64,000 nt of DNA, from positions 1,046,663-1,110,662 of the forward strand of contig CAVOGE010000007.1 in assembly GCA_963695195.1 (NCBI GenBank), written 5' to 3'. This document shows positions 39,891 to 48,411 of the stretch, in pieces. The stretch comes from an uncultured Chloroflexia bacterium (GTDB lineage: Bacteria; Chloroflexota; Limnocylindria; QHBO01). The notes under the pieces are model-generated. The model worked only from the letters and a program-made list of their open reading frames with translations. It did no database searches and was not told the origin of the DNA. How positions within the stretch are numbered: position 1 is the stretch's first letter; every line of letters begins with the position of its first letter. Made by a program: the position numbers and the translations under genes.

Positions 39891-41830
39891 CGGCCGGGCA
39901 GCTGCTTGCGCCGCTCGAGGTAGGCAGGCACGGTGTTGATCGGGGGGCGCAGCTCATCGCCGATCTCGCGCACCTCGAGGTTGAACTGGTCAGGCCCGCG
40001 GTTGATCAGCTTCATGCCGCGCCCGACCTCGGTCAGCAGCTCGATGCGGTGTCGCTCCTCCAGCTTGCGGATCGCCGCCTGCAGGATCACGAAGGACATC
40101 TGCGACAGGTTGGCGAGTGGCTGGTTGCGGTGGACCCTCCGCTCGAGATCGACCTGGCCGATGCCGGAAAGGCCCACCGCGTCAAGGATGTCCACCAGCA
40201 ATCCTGTCTCGACCGCGTAGCCGGTGAAGAACGAGACCGACTCGAGCAGCGCCCGCCGCCCGGCGTACTCGCCCGAGAGCGGCTGGATCATCCCCGACAG
40301 CTCGGGGAAGAAGAGGTTGATGAGCGGGCGCGCCAGCAGCTCGGTGACGCGGCCGCCGCCCTCGGCGATCAGCTGGTCACCCTCCTTGATCGGCCGCTGG
40401 TAGAAGCCCTTGACGTACTGGATGCGCGGTTCGCGGAGGAGCGGTCCGAGCAGCCCGAAGACGAAGCGCGGCTGGATGTTGCGGATATCGGTATCGATCC
40501 AGGCCACGATGTCGCCGTCGAGCACGTGCAGGCTCTTCCAGAGCGCCTCGCCTTTGCCGGTATGAGAGCCGACCTCGGGGAGGATCTTGCTGTGGCGCAC
40601 GACCGGAACGCCGAGCTCGGCCGCGATCTCCGCCGTTCGATCGGTCGAGTCAGAGTCGATCACCACCATCTGATCAATCAGCGGCAGCTTGTCCATCAGC
40701 GGGCCCTTGATCCGGCGGATCACCTGTCCGATCGTCGCCTCCTCGTTGAGCGCGGGCAGCCCCAGGCTGATCGTCAGGCCGTGCCGCTCCTTGAGCTCCA
40801 CGAGCTTGGCGACGTCACGAAACTCGCTGGCGTGGAACGTGTTCTCGGCGAACCACCGATCGACCATGGTCGGCAGCGAGTGGCTGAGCTCGACGTATTC
40901 GTCGGCGGCCGCCAACGATCCCTCCGCCGCCCGCAGCTCGTCGAAGGTGGCGAAGTCAGGGCTGGCCTTGGTCTTGACCACGATCACCGTCGGCTTGGCC
41001 TTTGAGGCGACCGCCTCCGCCACGATCCCGAACAGGAAGCGCCCGTCGGGCTTCGCGTTCGCCGGCTGCGCCGATGCGCCCATCACGACCAGATCGTGCT
41101 GCGCCGCCTCGCGAACGATCGCCCGGCGCACCGAGGCAGCCTCGACCAGCTTGCCAGTCAGGCGGCGCCCCTTGCCATGCTCCTCAACGAAGGCATCCAG
41201 CGCGGCCTGCTGCCGCTTTCGTGCCCGATCCCCGATCTTTTCGGGCACCACGTGCAGAACCACCAGCCGGGCGCGAAACCGCTTCGCGAGGTCGCGCGCG
41301 ACACTCATCGCCAGCTCCGCATGCGGTCCGCCGCGGACCGGTACCAGGATCGACCGCACGTGCTCCAGGCCGCGCTGCTTGACCACGGCGATATCGCACG
41401 GCGATTCCCGCAGCACCGCATCGATCGTGGAGGTGAAGACCGGAGCATCAGCCTCGGTCTCGGGCGTGGCACGAGTGGCCCCGTGCGCCGCTGGCCCGCC
41501 CCAGCCGAAGATGATCAGGTCGGTGCCCTCCTCGCCGACCGCCTCGATGACGCCATCGGCCGCCCGCCGTCCGATTCGCACCATGGTCCGGATCTCGACC
41601 CCTTCCTCGTCGCCGAAGGTGAGAACGCGCTGAAGCAGCCGGCGCGAGGTCCGCGCCTGTATGGCGCCCTGCGACAGCGACACTCCCTCGGGGACCTCCA
41701 CGATCCCGAGCGCCGTGATCTCGGTGGTGCGTCCCGCTCGGATGCCGGCGCCGATGCGCACCAGGTCACCCGCGGTGCGCGGGTTGGCGAGGGGAAGCAG
41801 GATGCGATACGGACTGCGCCGGGCCGGCAT
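39887..41830 (-). CDS. gpgS: Tandem universal stress protein domains fused to glucosyl-3-phosphoglycerate synthase (GT81)
   Basis: N-terminal RILLPLANP...DLIIFGW...SPCDIAVVK and SILVPVRGGPHA...DLVVMGA...PTVIVVK (two USP domains). C-terminal LPALNEEATIG, GKGEALWKSL, IDTD, GGRVTEL, QPLSGEYA, RVHRNQPL. ATG at 41830. Confidence 0.88.
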   Translation of the reverse strand: MPARRSPYRILLPLANPRTAGDLVRIGAGIRAGRTTEITALGIVEVPEGVSLSQGAIQARTSRRLLQRVLTFGDEEGVEIRTMVRIGRRAADGVIEAVGEEGTDLIIFGWGGPAAHGATRATPETEADAPVFTSTIDAVLRESPCDIAVVKQRGLEHVRSILVPVRGGPHAELAMSVARDLAKRFRARLVVLHVVPEKIGDRARKRQQAALDAFVEEHGKGRRLTGKLVEAASVRRAIVREAAQHDLVVMGASAQPANAKPDGRFLFGIVAEAVASKAKPTVIVVKTKASPDFATFDELRAAEGSLAAADEYVELSHSLPTMVDRWFAENTFHASEFRDVAKLVELKERHGLTISLGLPALNEEATIGQVIRRIKGPLMDKLPLIDQMVVIDSDSTDRTAEIAAELGVPVVRHSKILPEVGSHTGKGEALWKSLHVLDGDIVAWIDTDIRNIQPRFVFGLLGPLLREPRIQYVKGFYQRPIKEGDQLIAEGGGRVTELLARPLINLFFPELSGMIQPLSGEYAGRRALLESVSFFTGYAVETGLLVDILDAVGLSGIGQVDLERRVHRNQPLANLSQMSFVILQAAIRKLEERHRIELLTEVGRGMKLINRGPDQFNLEVREIGDELRPPINTVPAYLERRKQLPGR

Positions 41831-43140
41831 CAGCCGCCGCTCCGCGTGGCCTGCAGCTCCGACCAGCGCTTGACCAGGTACGGCTTCAGTCCTTCGAAGG
41901 CGAGCGCCTGCGCGTCGATCACCCGCTCGGCCTGATCGGTCGTCATCTCGAGCGTCTCGGCGATGAAGCCTGCGGTTCGCGCAAAGTAGAGCGGCGTCAG
42001 GGCGGCCAGCAGGCGCTCCTGGTCGATTCCGGGACGATGGAAGGCGACCAGCGCGTCGTACAGGCAGCGGATCCACAGCTCAGCGGGGAAGCCGAAGGTG
42101 GCCGGCACGTCGCACTCGACGCCCATCACCCGCTCCAGCTGCTCGGGGCCGAGCATCTCGCTCCAGGTGTCGACGTGGGTCAGGCGGGCCGCCTCGAAGT
42201 TGTCGATCAGCTTGGCGTGGTTGACGCTGATCTCCTCCGGCGCCACGACCCGCTCGAAGCCGTATTCGGGGATCGGGTGCGAGCCGCGGACCTTCAGCCA
42301 GCGGTCCGCGTAATGCCCCGCCATCTTGAACAGCGTGCCGACCACCTGGCGGAACATCGGTCCGAGGTCCGATGCCGGGTCCTTTGCGTCGTGGATCTTG
42401 GCGCCGAGTCGTGCCTGACAGGCGGCGAACCCCTCGTTGATGGCCGAGTGGGTCATCCAGATGTCGATCCCGAAGCGGGCGGTCAGTTCGTCGAAGGTAT
42501 CGAGCTCCAGGTAGCGCTGCACCAGGTCGCCGCTGATCGCGAAGTCGCCGCCGATCGGCTGCCTGATGCGGGTCCCGTACAGCGCACGGGTGAGCGGGTA
42601 GGCGATGTTGTTGGTGATCGTGCCGTCGTACTTGTAGCGGGCGTACATCGGCGCCACGAAGTCGTAGCCACCCTTGAGGATCGGTCCGGCGAGCAGCTCG
42701 ACCCACTCCGGGACGATGCTGCGAAGGTCCGAGTCGACCATCACCATCGCCTTCACGTCCAGCTCGCGGGCGACCTCGAAGAGCGCCCGCACCGCGGTCC
42801 CCTTCCCGCTCGTCCCGTGATAGGTGAAGCTGATGCGCTGGAGCTTGTGGCGCGGTCGGACCAGGATCACCCGTTCGATGTACTCGGGGCTCTCCGTGCT
42901 GATCGCAACGCGCGGCGTGTCGTCTGGCGAGCCGCCGTCGGAGTTCACCAGGATCGGCTTGAGGTCGGGGAAGTACTGCACCATGCCCGCGGTGGCAGCA
43001 CGCACTACGTAGCCGATCGTCTCGGCATTCCCGAAGCTGGGGATGCCCACCATCAGGTCGGCGCTGCCAACGCGACGGACCTGGCTCAGGCCCTCGGCGT
43101 CCAGCGCGGACTGCGGCGTCGGGGTAGGAGGGGGGCTCAG
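41830..43140 (-). CDS. ggs: Glucosylglycerate synthase (Ggs)-type glycosyltransferase
   Basis: VGIPSFGNAETIG, VNSDGGSPD, GKGTA, DSDLRS, YDGTITN, RIRQPIGGDF, FGIDIW closely recall Thermotogae-type Ggs. Start is CTG 43140 (8 nt after AAGGAG) or GTG 43173. Confidence 0.8.
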   Translation of the reverse strand: MSPPPTPTPQSALDAEGLSQVRRVGSADLMVGIPSFGNAETIGYVVRAATAGMVQYFPDLKPILVNSDGGSPDDTPRVAISTESPEYIERVILVRPRHKLQRISFTYHGTSGKGTAVRALFEVARELDVKAMVMVDSDLRSIVPEWVELLAGPILKGGYDFVAPMYARYKYDGTITNNIAYPLTRALYGTRIRQPIGGDFAISGDLVQRYLELDTFDELTARFGIDIWMTHSAINEGFAACQARLGAKIHDAKDPASDLGPMFRQVVGTLFKMAGHYADRWLKVRGSHPIPEYGFERVVAPEEISVNHAKLIDNFEAARLTHVDTWSEMLGPEQLERVMGVECDVPATFGFPAELWIRCLYDALVAFHRPGIDQERLLAALTPLYFARTAGFIAETLEMTTDQAERVIDAQALAFEGLKPYLVKRWSELQATRSGG

Positions 43141-43201
43141 CGGCAGATCTCCTTCGTGCTCAAAGGGTAGCACGCAGCCGGCCGGTGACCCCGCCCCAAC
43201 C

Positions 43202-43231
43202 TTGCCCCGATCGAATGCGGACGACTACACT
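43202..43231 (+). promoter_or_regulatory. Sigma70-like promoter for the CBS-antiporter operon
   Basis: TTGCCC (43202-43207), 18-nt spacer, TACACT (43226-43231). Confidence 0.55.
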
Positions 43232-43236
43232 CACCG

Positions 43237-43320
43237 GGCACCGCGGAAGCGGGCGGGCCAGGGACAGGGCCCATATCCCCATCCCGAGGTGGAGACTGCG
43301 CGACATCGCGTGGTCTTCGT
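43237..43320 (+). ncRNA. Candidate cis-regulatory RNA / riboswitch (pseudoknot, possibly Na+-I/DUF1646-like) with downstream hairpin
   Basis: CCGC-GGAA-GCGG hairpin; GGGCC-AGGGACAG-GGCCC hairpin whose loop GGGA can pair with downstream TCCC; 12-bp hairpin at 43291-43318; lies upstream of ion-transport genes. Confidence 0.5.
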
Positions 43321-43340
43321 CGTCTGTTGTGGAGCGTGCC

Positions 43341-43880
43341 GTGAATCTGACCCCCGAAGAGATCACCCAGGGGACCTCGATCGGCGAGGTAGATCGGTTG
43401 CTGCGTGGCACCGATCCGATCCTCGTCGCGCCACCGACAGCCTGCAGCGACTCGCGGAGCTGGCGATCGAGACGCCGGGCTGCCGGGTCATATCGGTCGT
43501 CGACGACGAAGGGCCGACTGATCGGTCTGGTGCCGGTCCGGCTGCTGGTGAACGACATCTTCCTCAAGATCGTGCCCGAGGAGTTTCTCGGCGCCATCGG
43601 CGATGTTGAGGGCGCACTGGAGTACGCCCAGCACATTCGCGCGCGGGTCGCGGCGGACATCATGCTGCCGCCCACCTCGGTGCCACTCACCGCGACGGTG
43701 CGCGACGCGTTCGAGACGATGCACAAGGCGAGGCTCAACGGTCTGCCGATCCTCGACGAGGATGGGCGCGTGGTCAGCTACCTCGACCAACTGGAGCTCC
43801 TGCTGGTCTGGGTACGCGCGACCGGGCGGTCCGTCCTCCTGCGACCGGCCGAGACTGACGCGCCGGAGGGCACTACGTGA
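43341..43880 (+). CDS. CBS domain pair protein (with two compensating frameshifts)
   Basis: GRLIGLV, VAADIM, GLPILDEDGRVVSYL. The CBS1 core (DSLQRLAELAIETPGCRVISVVDDEG) lies in another frame between about 43427 and 43513. Confidence 0.82.
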   Translation: MNLTPEEITQGTSIGEVDRLLRGTDPILVAPPTACSDSRSWRSRRRAAGSYRSSTTKGRLIGLVPVRLLVNDIFLKIVPEEFLGAIGDVEGALEYAQHIRARVAADIMLPPTSVPLTATVRDAFETMHKARLNGLPILDEDGRVVSYLDQLELLLVWVRATGRSVLLRPAETDAPEGTT

Positions 43881-45151
43881 ACCTCGAGGTGATCGTCGGG
43901 ATCACCATCTTCCTGGTCACCTACGCCGTCATCGCCACCGAGCGGATCCACAAGACGATCGCGGCCCTGGCCGGCGGCGTGGCGATGATCCTGCTCGGGA
44001 TCATCAGCCAGGAGGTGGCGTTCGAGCACATCGACTTCAACGTCATCTTCCTGCTGACCGGGATGATGATCCTGGCGGGCATCATCCGGAAGACCGGGGT
44101 CTTTGGCTGGCTGGCGGTCCGCGCGGCTCGCTTCGCCGGGGGTGACGGCTATCGCCTGCTGGTCGTGCTGAGCGTGATCACCGCGGTCGCCTCCGCCTTC
44201 CTCGACAACGTGACGACGGTGGTGCTGGTCGGGCCGATCACCCTCTTCCTGGCCGCCCGGCTCGGGGTCAGCCCCATGCCGTACATCATCAGCGAGATCC
44301 TGGCCAGCAACATCGGTGGCGCGGCGACGCTGATCGGCGACCCGCCCAACATCCTGATCGGCAGCGCGGCGCGGCTGGACTTCGTCGCCTTCCTGTCGAA
44401 CATGACCCCGTTGGCGGTCGTCATCCTGGTCGTCTACCTGGTCGCCTGCCGATGGATCTTCCGCGGCCAGCTGAACATCGATCCGGAGATGCGCGACACG
44501 CTGCTGGCTCTCGACGAGCGGCAGATGATCACCGACCCGGTCCTGCTGCGCCGCTCCCTGATCATCCTGGGCGCGACGCTGGTCGGCTTCCTGCTGCACG
44601 GCCCGCTCGGGTACGAGCCCGCCACGGTGGCACTTGCCGGCGCCATCGTGCTGATGGTGGTGGCCCGCGAGGATCCGCACGAGGTCCTGCGTGACGTCGA
44701 GTGGCCGACCCTCTTCTTCTTCATCGGCCTGTTCATGCTGGTTGCCGGTGTGATCGAGATCGGCCTGATCGAGGCCGTGGCCGGCGCGATCATTGACCTA
44801 ACCGGTGGCGCACTGGCGCCGACCGCGGTTCTGCTGCTGTGGATCTCGGCGATCCTGTCCGGGATCGTCGACAACATCCCCTACACCGCGACCATGATCC
44901 CGGTCGTGACCGAGCTGGCCGGCTCCACCGGGCACGCCGGGGATGCGCTGTGGTGGTCGCTGGCGATCGGCGCCGATTTTGGCGGCAACGCCACCATCAT
45001 CGGTGCGTCGGCCAACGTGATCCTGGCCAGCCTCGCCGAGCGAGAGGGCCATCCGATCTCATTCACGACCTTCCTGCGCTACGGGCTGCCGGTGACGGTC
45101 GGTTCGATGGCCATCTCGACCGCCTACGTCTGGCTGCGCTACCTGATCTGA
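43877..45151 (+). CDS. ArsB/NhaD (IT superfamily) ion transporter
   Basis: FLDNVTTV, SNIGGAATLIGDPPNI, IVDNIP, GADFGGNATIIGASAN. Confidence 0.9.
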   Translation: MNLEVIVGITIFLVTYAVIATERIHKTIAALAGGVAMILLGIISQEVAFEHIDFNVIFLLTGMMILAGIIRKTGVFGWLAVRAARFAGGDGYRLLVVLSVITAVASAFLDNVTTVVLVGPITLFLAARLGVSPMPYIISEILASNIGGAATLIGDPPNILIGSAARLDFVAFLSNMTPLAVVILVVYLVACRWIFRGQLNIDPEMRDTLLALDERQMITDPVLLRRSLIILGATLVGFLLHGPLGYEPATVALAGAIVLMVVAREDPHEVLRDVEWPTLFFFIGLFMLVAGVIEIGLIEAVAGAIIDLTGGALAPTAVLLLWISAILSGIVDNIPYTATMIPVVTELAGSTGHAGDALWWSLAIGADFGGNATIIGASANVILASLAEREGHPISFTTFLRYGLPVTVGSMAISTAYVWLRYLI

Positions 45152-45155
45152 GCCG

Positions 45156-46337
45156 ATGGAGCATCTGGCGGAGACACTGACCCAGCTCTTCGTCGTGCTG
45201 TTGGCCGCCAAGGTCGGCGACGAGGTCTTCAAGCGCATCCGCCAGCCGACCCTGATCGGCGAGATCCTGGGCGGTGTGATCGTCGGCCCCGCCGTGCTGG
45301 GGATCTACCAGGTGACGCCCGAGACCGAGCTGTTCGCCGAGATCGGCGTGGTCCTGCTCCTCTTCCAGGTGGGCGTCGAGACCCGGCTCGGGGACCTGCT
45401 GCGCGTCGGCGGCACGGCGGCCTCGGTCGGGGTACTGGGCGTCGTGCTGCCGCTTTCCGGGGGGCTCGTCCTTGGAGCCGTGCTCGGCTACCCGATCGAG
45501 GTGAGCGTCTTCCTGGGTGCGGCCCTGACCGCGACCAGCGTCGGGATCACGGCTCGCGTGCTCGGCGACCTGGGCGCCCTGGCGAGCCGATCCGGTCGCG
45601 TGATCCTGGGGGCCGCGGTGATCGACGATGTGTTCGCCATGCTGATCCTGGCGTTCGCCAGCGGCCTTGCGGCCGGGAGCGTCTCCCCCGGTCAGCTCGC
45701 CACGCTGGTGGGCCTCGCCGTGGCGTTCATCGGGATCGTGCTGGTGGTCGGCACGAGGGTGCTCCGCAGGCGGCCGTCGCTGCTGACCGACCCGGAGTTC
45801 GCGGCCACTCCGTTCCTGCCGGGGATGATCCTCATGCTCGGCCTGGCTGCGCTCGCCGCGGTGATCGGCCTGGCCGCCATCATCGGCGCCTTCCTGGCCG
45901 GAATGGTGGTGGGGGAGTCGAGCGAGCGGCACGCCCTCGAGGAGGAGGTGGCGCCGTTGGCCGCCTTCTTCACCCCGTTCTTCTTCGGCTTCATCGGAGC
46001 GCAGGTGGACCTCGCCGCGCTGGCGAACCCGGCCACGATTGCGCTGATGGTGGGCCTCACTGCCCTGGCGGTCGCCACCAAGTTCGCCGGCGCGTTCGTC
46101 GGGGCGCTGCGGATGGGGCGGGCTCGCGCCACCCTCGTCGGCTGGGGCATGGTGCCGCGCGGCGAGGTGGGGATCGTGGTCGCCGGCCTGGGCCTGGCCG
46201 TCGGAGCGATCAGCGGCCAGCTGTACAGCGTCGTGGTGGGGATGGCCGTGCTGACGACGCTGCTCGTGCCGCCGCTCATGGCTCCCCTCGTGCGCGCCGC
46301 CGAGCCGAGCGCGGCGGCCTCTTCCCCGGGGGAATAG
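45156..46337 (+). CDS. CPA2 Na+(K+)/H+ antiporter (NapA/GerN-like)
   Basis: ATSVGITARVL, GAAVIDDV, IIGAFLAG, GMVPRGEVG. Confidence 0.9.
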   Translation: MEHLAETLTQLFVVLLAAKVGDEVFKRIRQPTLIGEILGGVIVGPAVLGIYQVTPETELFAEIGVVLLLFQVGVETRLGDLLRVGGTAASVGVLGVVLPLSGGLVLGAVLGYPIEVSVFLGAALTATSVGITARVLGDLGALASRSGRVILGAAVIDDVFAMLILAFASGLAAGSVSPGQLATLVGLAVAFIGIVLVVGTRVLRRRPSLLTDPEFAATPFLPGMILMLGLAALAAVIGLAAIIGAFLAGMVVGESSERHALEEEVAPLAAFFTPFFFGFIGAQVDLAALANPATIALMVGLTALAVATKFAGAFVGALRMGRARATLVGWGMVPRGEVGIVVAGLGLAVGAISGQLYSVVVGMAVLTTLLVPPLMAPLVRAAEPSAAASSPGE

Positions 46338-46338
46338 T

Positions 46339-46370
46339 CGAGGCCCCCTCCGCGGACGGAGGGGGCCTCG
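46339..46370. terminator. Hairpin between convergent genes (probable bidirectional terminator)
   Basis: CGAGGCCCCCTCCG-CGGA-CGGAGGGGGCCTCG, perfect 14-bp stem. Confidence 0.75.
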
Positions 46371-46393
46371 CTTCGGCAGTTGCGGGAGAGCGG

Positions 46394-47500
46394 TTACTCG
46401 CCGCCCGGGGTGATCGCCACGGTTGCCTTCGTCCAGCCGGTGCCGGTCGCGTCGCTCAGCCCCTCGAGGGCCTTCGCGGCGAGATCGGTCCGGTACGAAG
46501 CGGCATCCGGGGCAGCGGTGATGATGCCGGCCTCGAGCGCGGTGTCCACGGTCTGCGACCAGAGGTCCGCGTCGAGCATGCCGATGCCGTCGGGCGACGG
46601 CCAGATCAGCGCGTTGATCTCGTTCATCATCCACTTCTGGTGGCCGGCGCCGAGCGTGCTGCCGTTGTCGACCACGAACTGCTCACACGCAGCGGCGTTG
46701 TCGCGGCAGTAGATCCAGCCCTTGAACGAGGCGCGCAGGAACTTGACCGCGACATCCTCGTTGTTGCCCTCGGCCAGCCAGGATGCACGCGCCCAGACGG
46801 CGTCCTGCAGCATGGCCGTGCCGACCTCGTTGTAGTCGATGACGTTGATGTCACTCGGCTGGAAGAGCTCGCCGGTATCGGGGTTCGTCGTCTCCAGCAG
46901 CTGGGCGTACTCGTTGTAGATCATCGCCTCGGCGACGTCGACGCAGTCGGTGTCGGCCGCCTCGCAGCCGTCGTAGGCGGCGAGCAGCTCGGCCATGCTG
47001 AAGCCCTGCGTCACCTGGGTGAAGTCCTCGCCCGCGACGAGGCCCTCCTTCAGGGCGGAGGCGATCACCTCCAGCTCGTTGCCGAAGCCCCAGGCCCCGA
47101 CCTTCTTGCCGGCGAAGTCAGCGACCGAGGTGATGTTGCTTGATTTCCAGGAGACCGACAGCGTGCCTGCTCGCTGGAAGACCTGCGCGATGTTCACCAG
47201 GTCCGAACCCGCGTCGCTCTCACGAGCCTGGAGCACCTTCGGCACCCAGGAGAGGTTGAATTCCGGTCCATTTGGGGCGGATCCGACCACCTGCGGTGCG
47301 ATGTCGGCGGCACCGGGGACGATCTCGACCTCGATCCCCTCGGCCTCGTAGTAGCCCAGTTCCTGGGCGGCGTAGTAGCCGGCGAACTGCGCCTGCGGGA
47401 ACCACTGCAGCTGCAGCCGTACCTTGGCTGGCGCCGAACATCCGGCGAGCACCACGGCGGCGGCGAGCATGGCCACCGTTCCGATGCGGAATACCCTCAT
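46394..47500 (-). CDS. NMT1/THI5-like ABC substrate-binding lipoprotein (pyrimidine-type)
   Basis: Lipobox LAGC, LQLQWFPQAQFAGYY, AMIYNEY; SD AGGAG; ATG 47500. Confidence 0.88.
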   Translation of the reverse strand: MRVFRIGTVAMLAAAVVLAGCSAPAKVRLQLQWFPQAQFAGYYAAQELGYYEAEGIEVEIVPGAADIAPQVVGSAPNGPEFNLSWVPKVLQARESDAGSDLVNIAQVFQRAGTLSVSWKSSNITSVADFAGKKVGAWGFGNELEVIASALKEGLVAGEDFTQVTQGFSMAELLAAYDGCEAADTDCVDVAEAMIYNEYAQLLETTNPDTGELFQPSDINVIDYNEVGTAMLQDAVWARASWLAEGNNEDVAVKFLRASFKGWIYCRDNAAACEQFVVDNGSTLGAGHQKWMMNEINALIWPSPDGIGMLDADLWSQTVDTALEAGIITAAPDAASYRTDLAAKALEGLSDATGTGWTKATVAITPGGE

Positions 47501-47613
47501 TGCGACTCCTCGACTGATGCATGGGCCCGTGGGCGGGCCGCCTCTCTCCGAACCCGGTGATTCTACGGGCGTCGCGTCGCGCCGGATAGAGGCAACTGCG
47601 CGGGCCGTCGCGC

Positions 47614-48411
47614 CTATGCCACCCGCTCGCCGCGTACCGATGGGTGCCACGGGATGAGCACCCGCTCTGCCCCCAGCACCACGAGGTACATGGCGATCCC
47701 CACCGCCGAGACGACCACGATGGCGGCCCAGGTCACCTCGAACGCGAGGGTGCTGGCGCTCTCCACCACGACCCGGCCAAGAGCCACGTTCAGCCCGCCG
47801 AAATACTCTCCGACTACCGCGCCGATCAGGCTCAGCGTCGTGCCGATCTTGAGGCCGGTGAGGAAGAACGGCAGCGCATTGGGCACCCGCACCTTGACCA
47901 GCACGGCCATCTCTCCGGCGGCGTAGGAGCGCATCAGTTCCAGTGACGACGCGCTGACCGAGGTGAGGCCGCGGAGGACGTTGATCATGATCGGGAAGAA
48001 GACGAGCGCCGCCGAGATGGCCATCTTGGAGTAGACGCTCTGCGATCCGAACCACTGGTTGGCGAGCGGCGCGAAGGCCACGATCGGGATGGCGTTCACC
48101 GCGATGCCCACCGGCAGCACGATGTCCCGTGCACTCGGGTAGCGGGCAACCGCGAAGGCCACCACCAGGCCGAGCAGCGCGCCGGCGATCAGGCCGCCAC
48201 CGGCCTCCTGGAGGGTCGCCTGCGCCGCTGGCAGGATCTGGTACCCGGTGGTCCAGTTCTCGCCAAGCGCCCGCGCGATGGAGGACGGCGCGGGCAGGAT
48301 GAAGGCACGGATCGAGAGGCCCCGGATGGTGGCCTCCCAGAGCGCGATGCCGCCCACGAACACCACGATCGCCGGCGCGTTGTGACGCAGCAGCGCGAGA
48401 GCGCGGTTCAC
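47614..48411 (-). CDS. ABC permease (SsuC/TauC-like)
   Basis: ILPAPS, IPIVAFAPL, FFPI, LIGAVVGEY. Confidence 0.9.
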   Translation of the reverse strand: MNRALALLRHNAPAIVVFVGGIALWEATIRGLSIRAFILPAPSSIARALGENWTTGYQILPAAQATLQEAGGGLIAGALLGLVVAFAVARYPSARDIVLPVGIAVNAIPIVAFAPLANQWFGSQSVYSKMAISAALVFFPIMINVLRGLTSVSASSLELMRSYAAGEMAVLVKVRVPNALPFFLTGLKIGTTLSLIGAVVGEYFGGLNVALGRVVVESASTLAFEVTWAAIVVVSAVGIAMYLVVLGAERVLIPWHPSVRGERVA

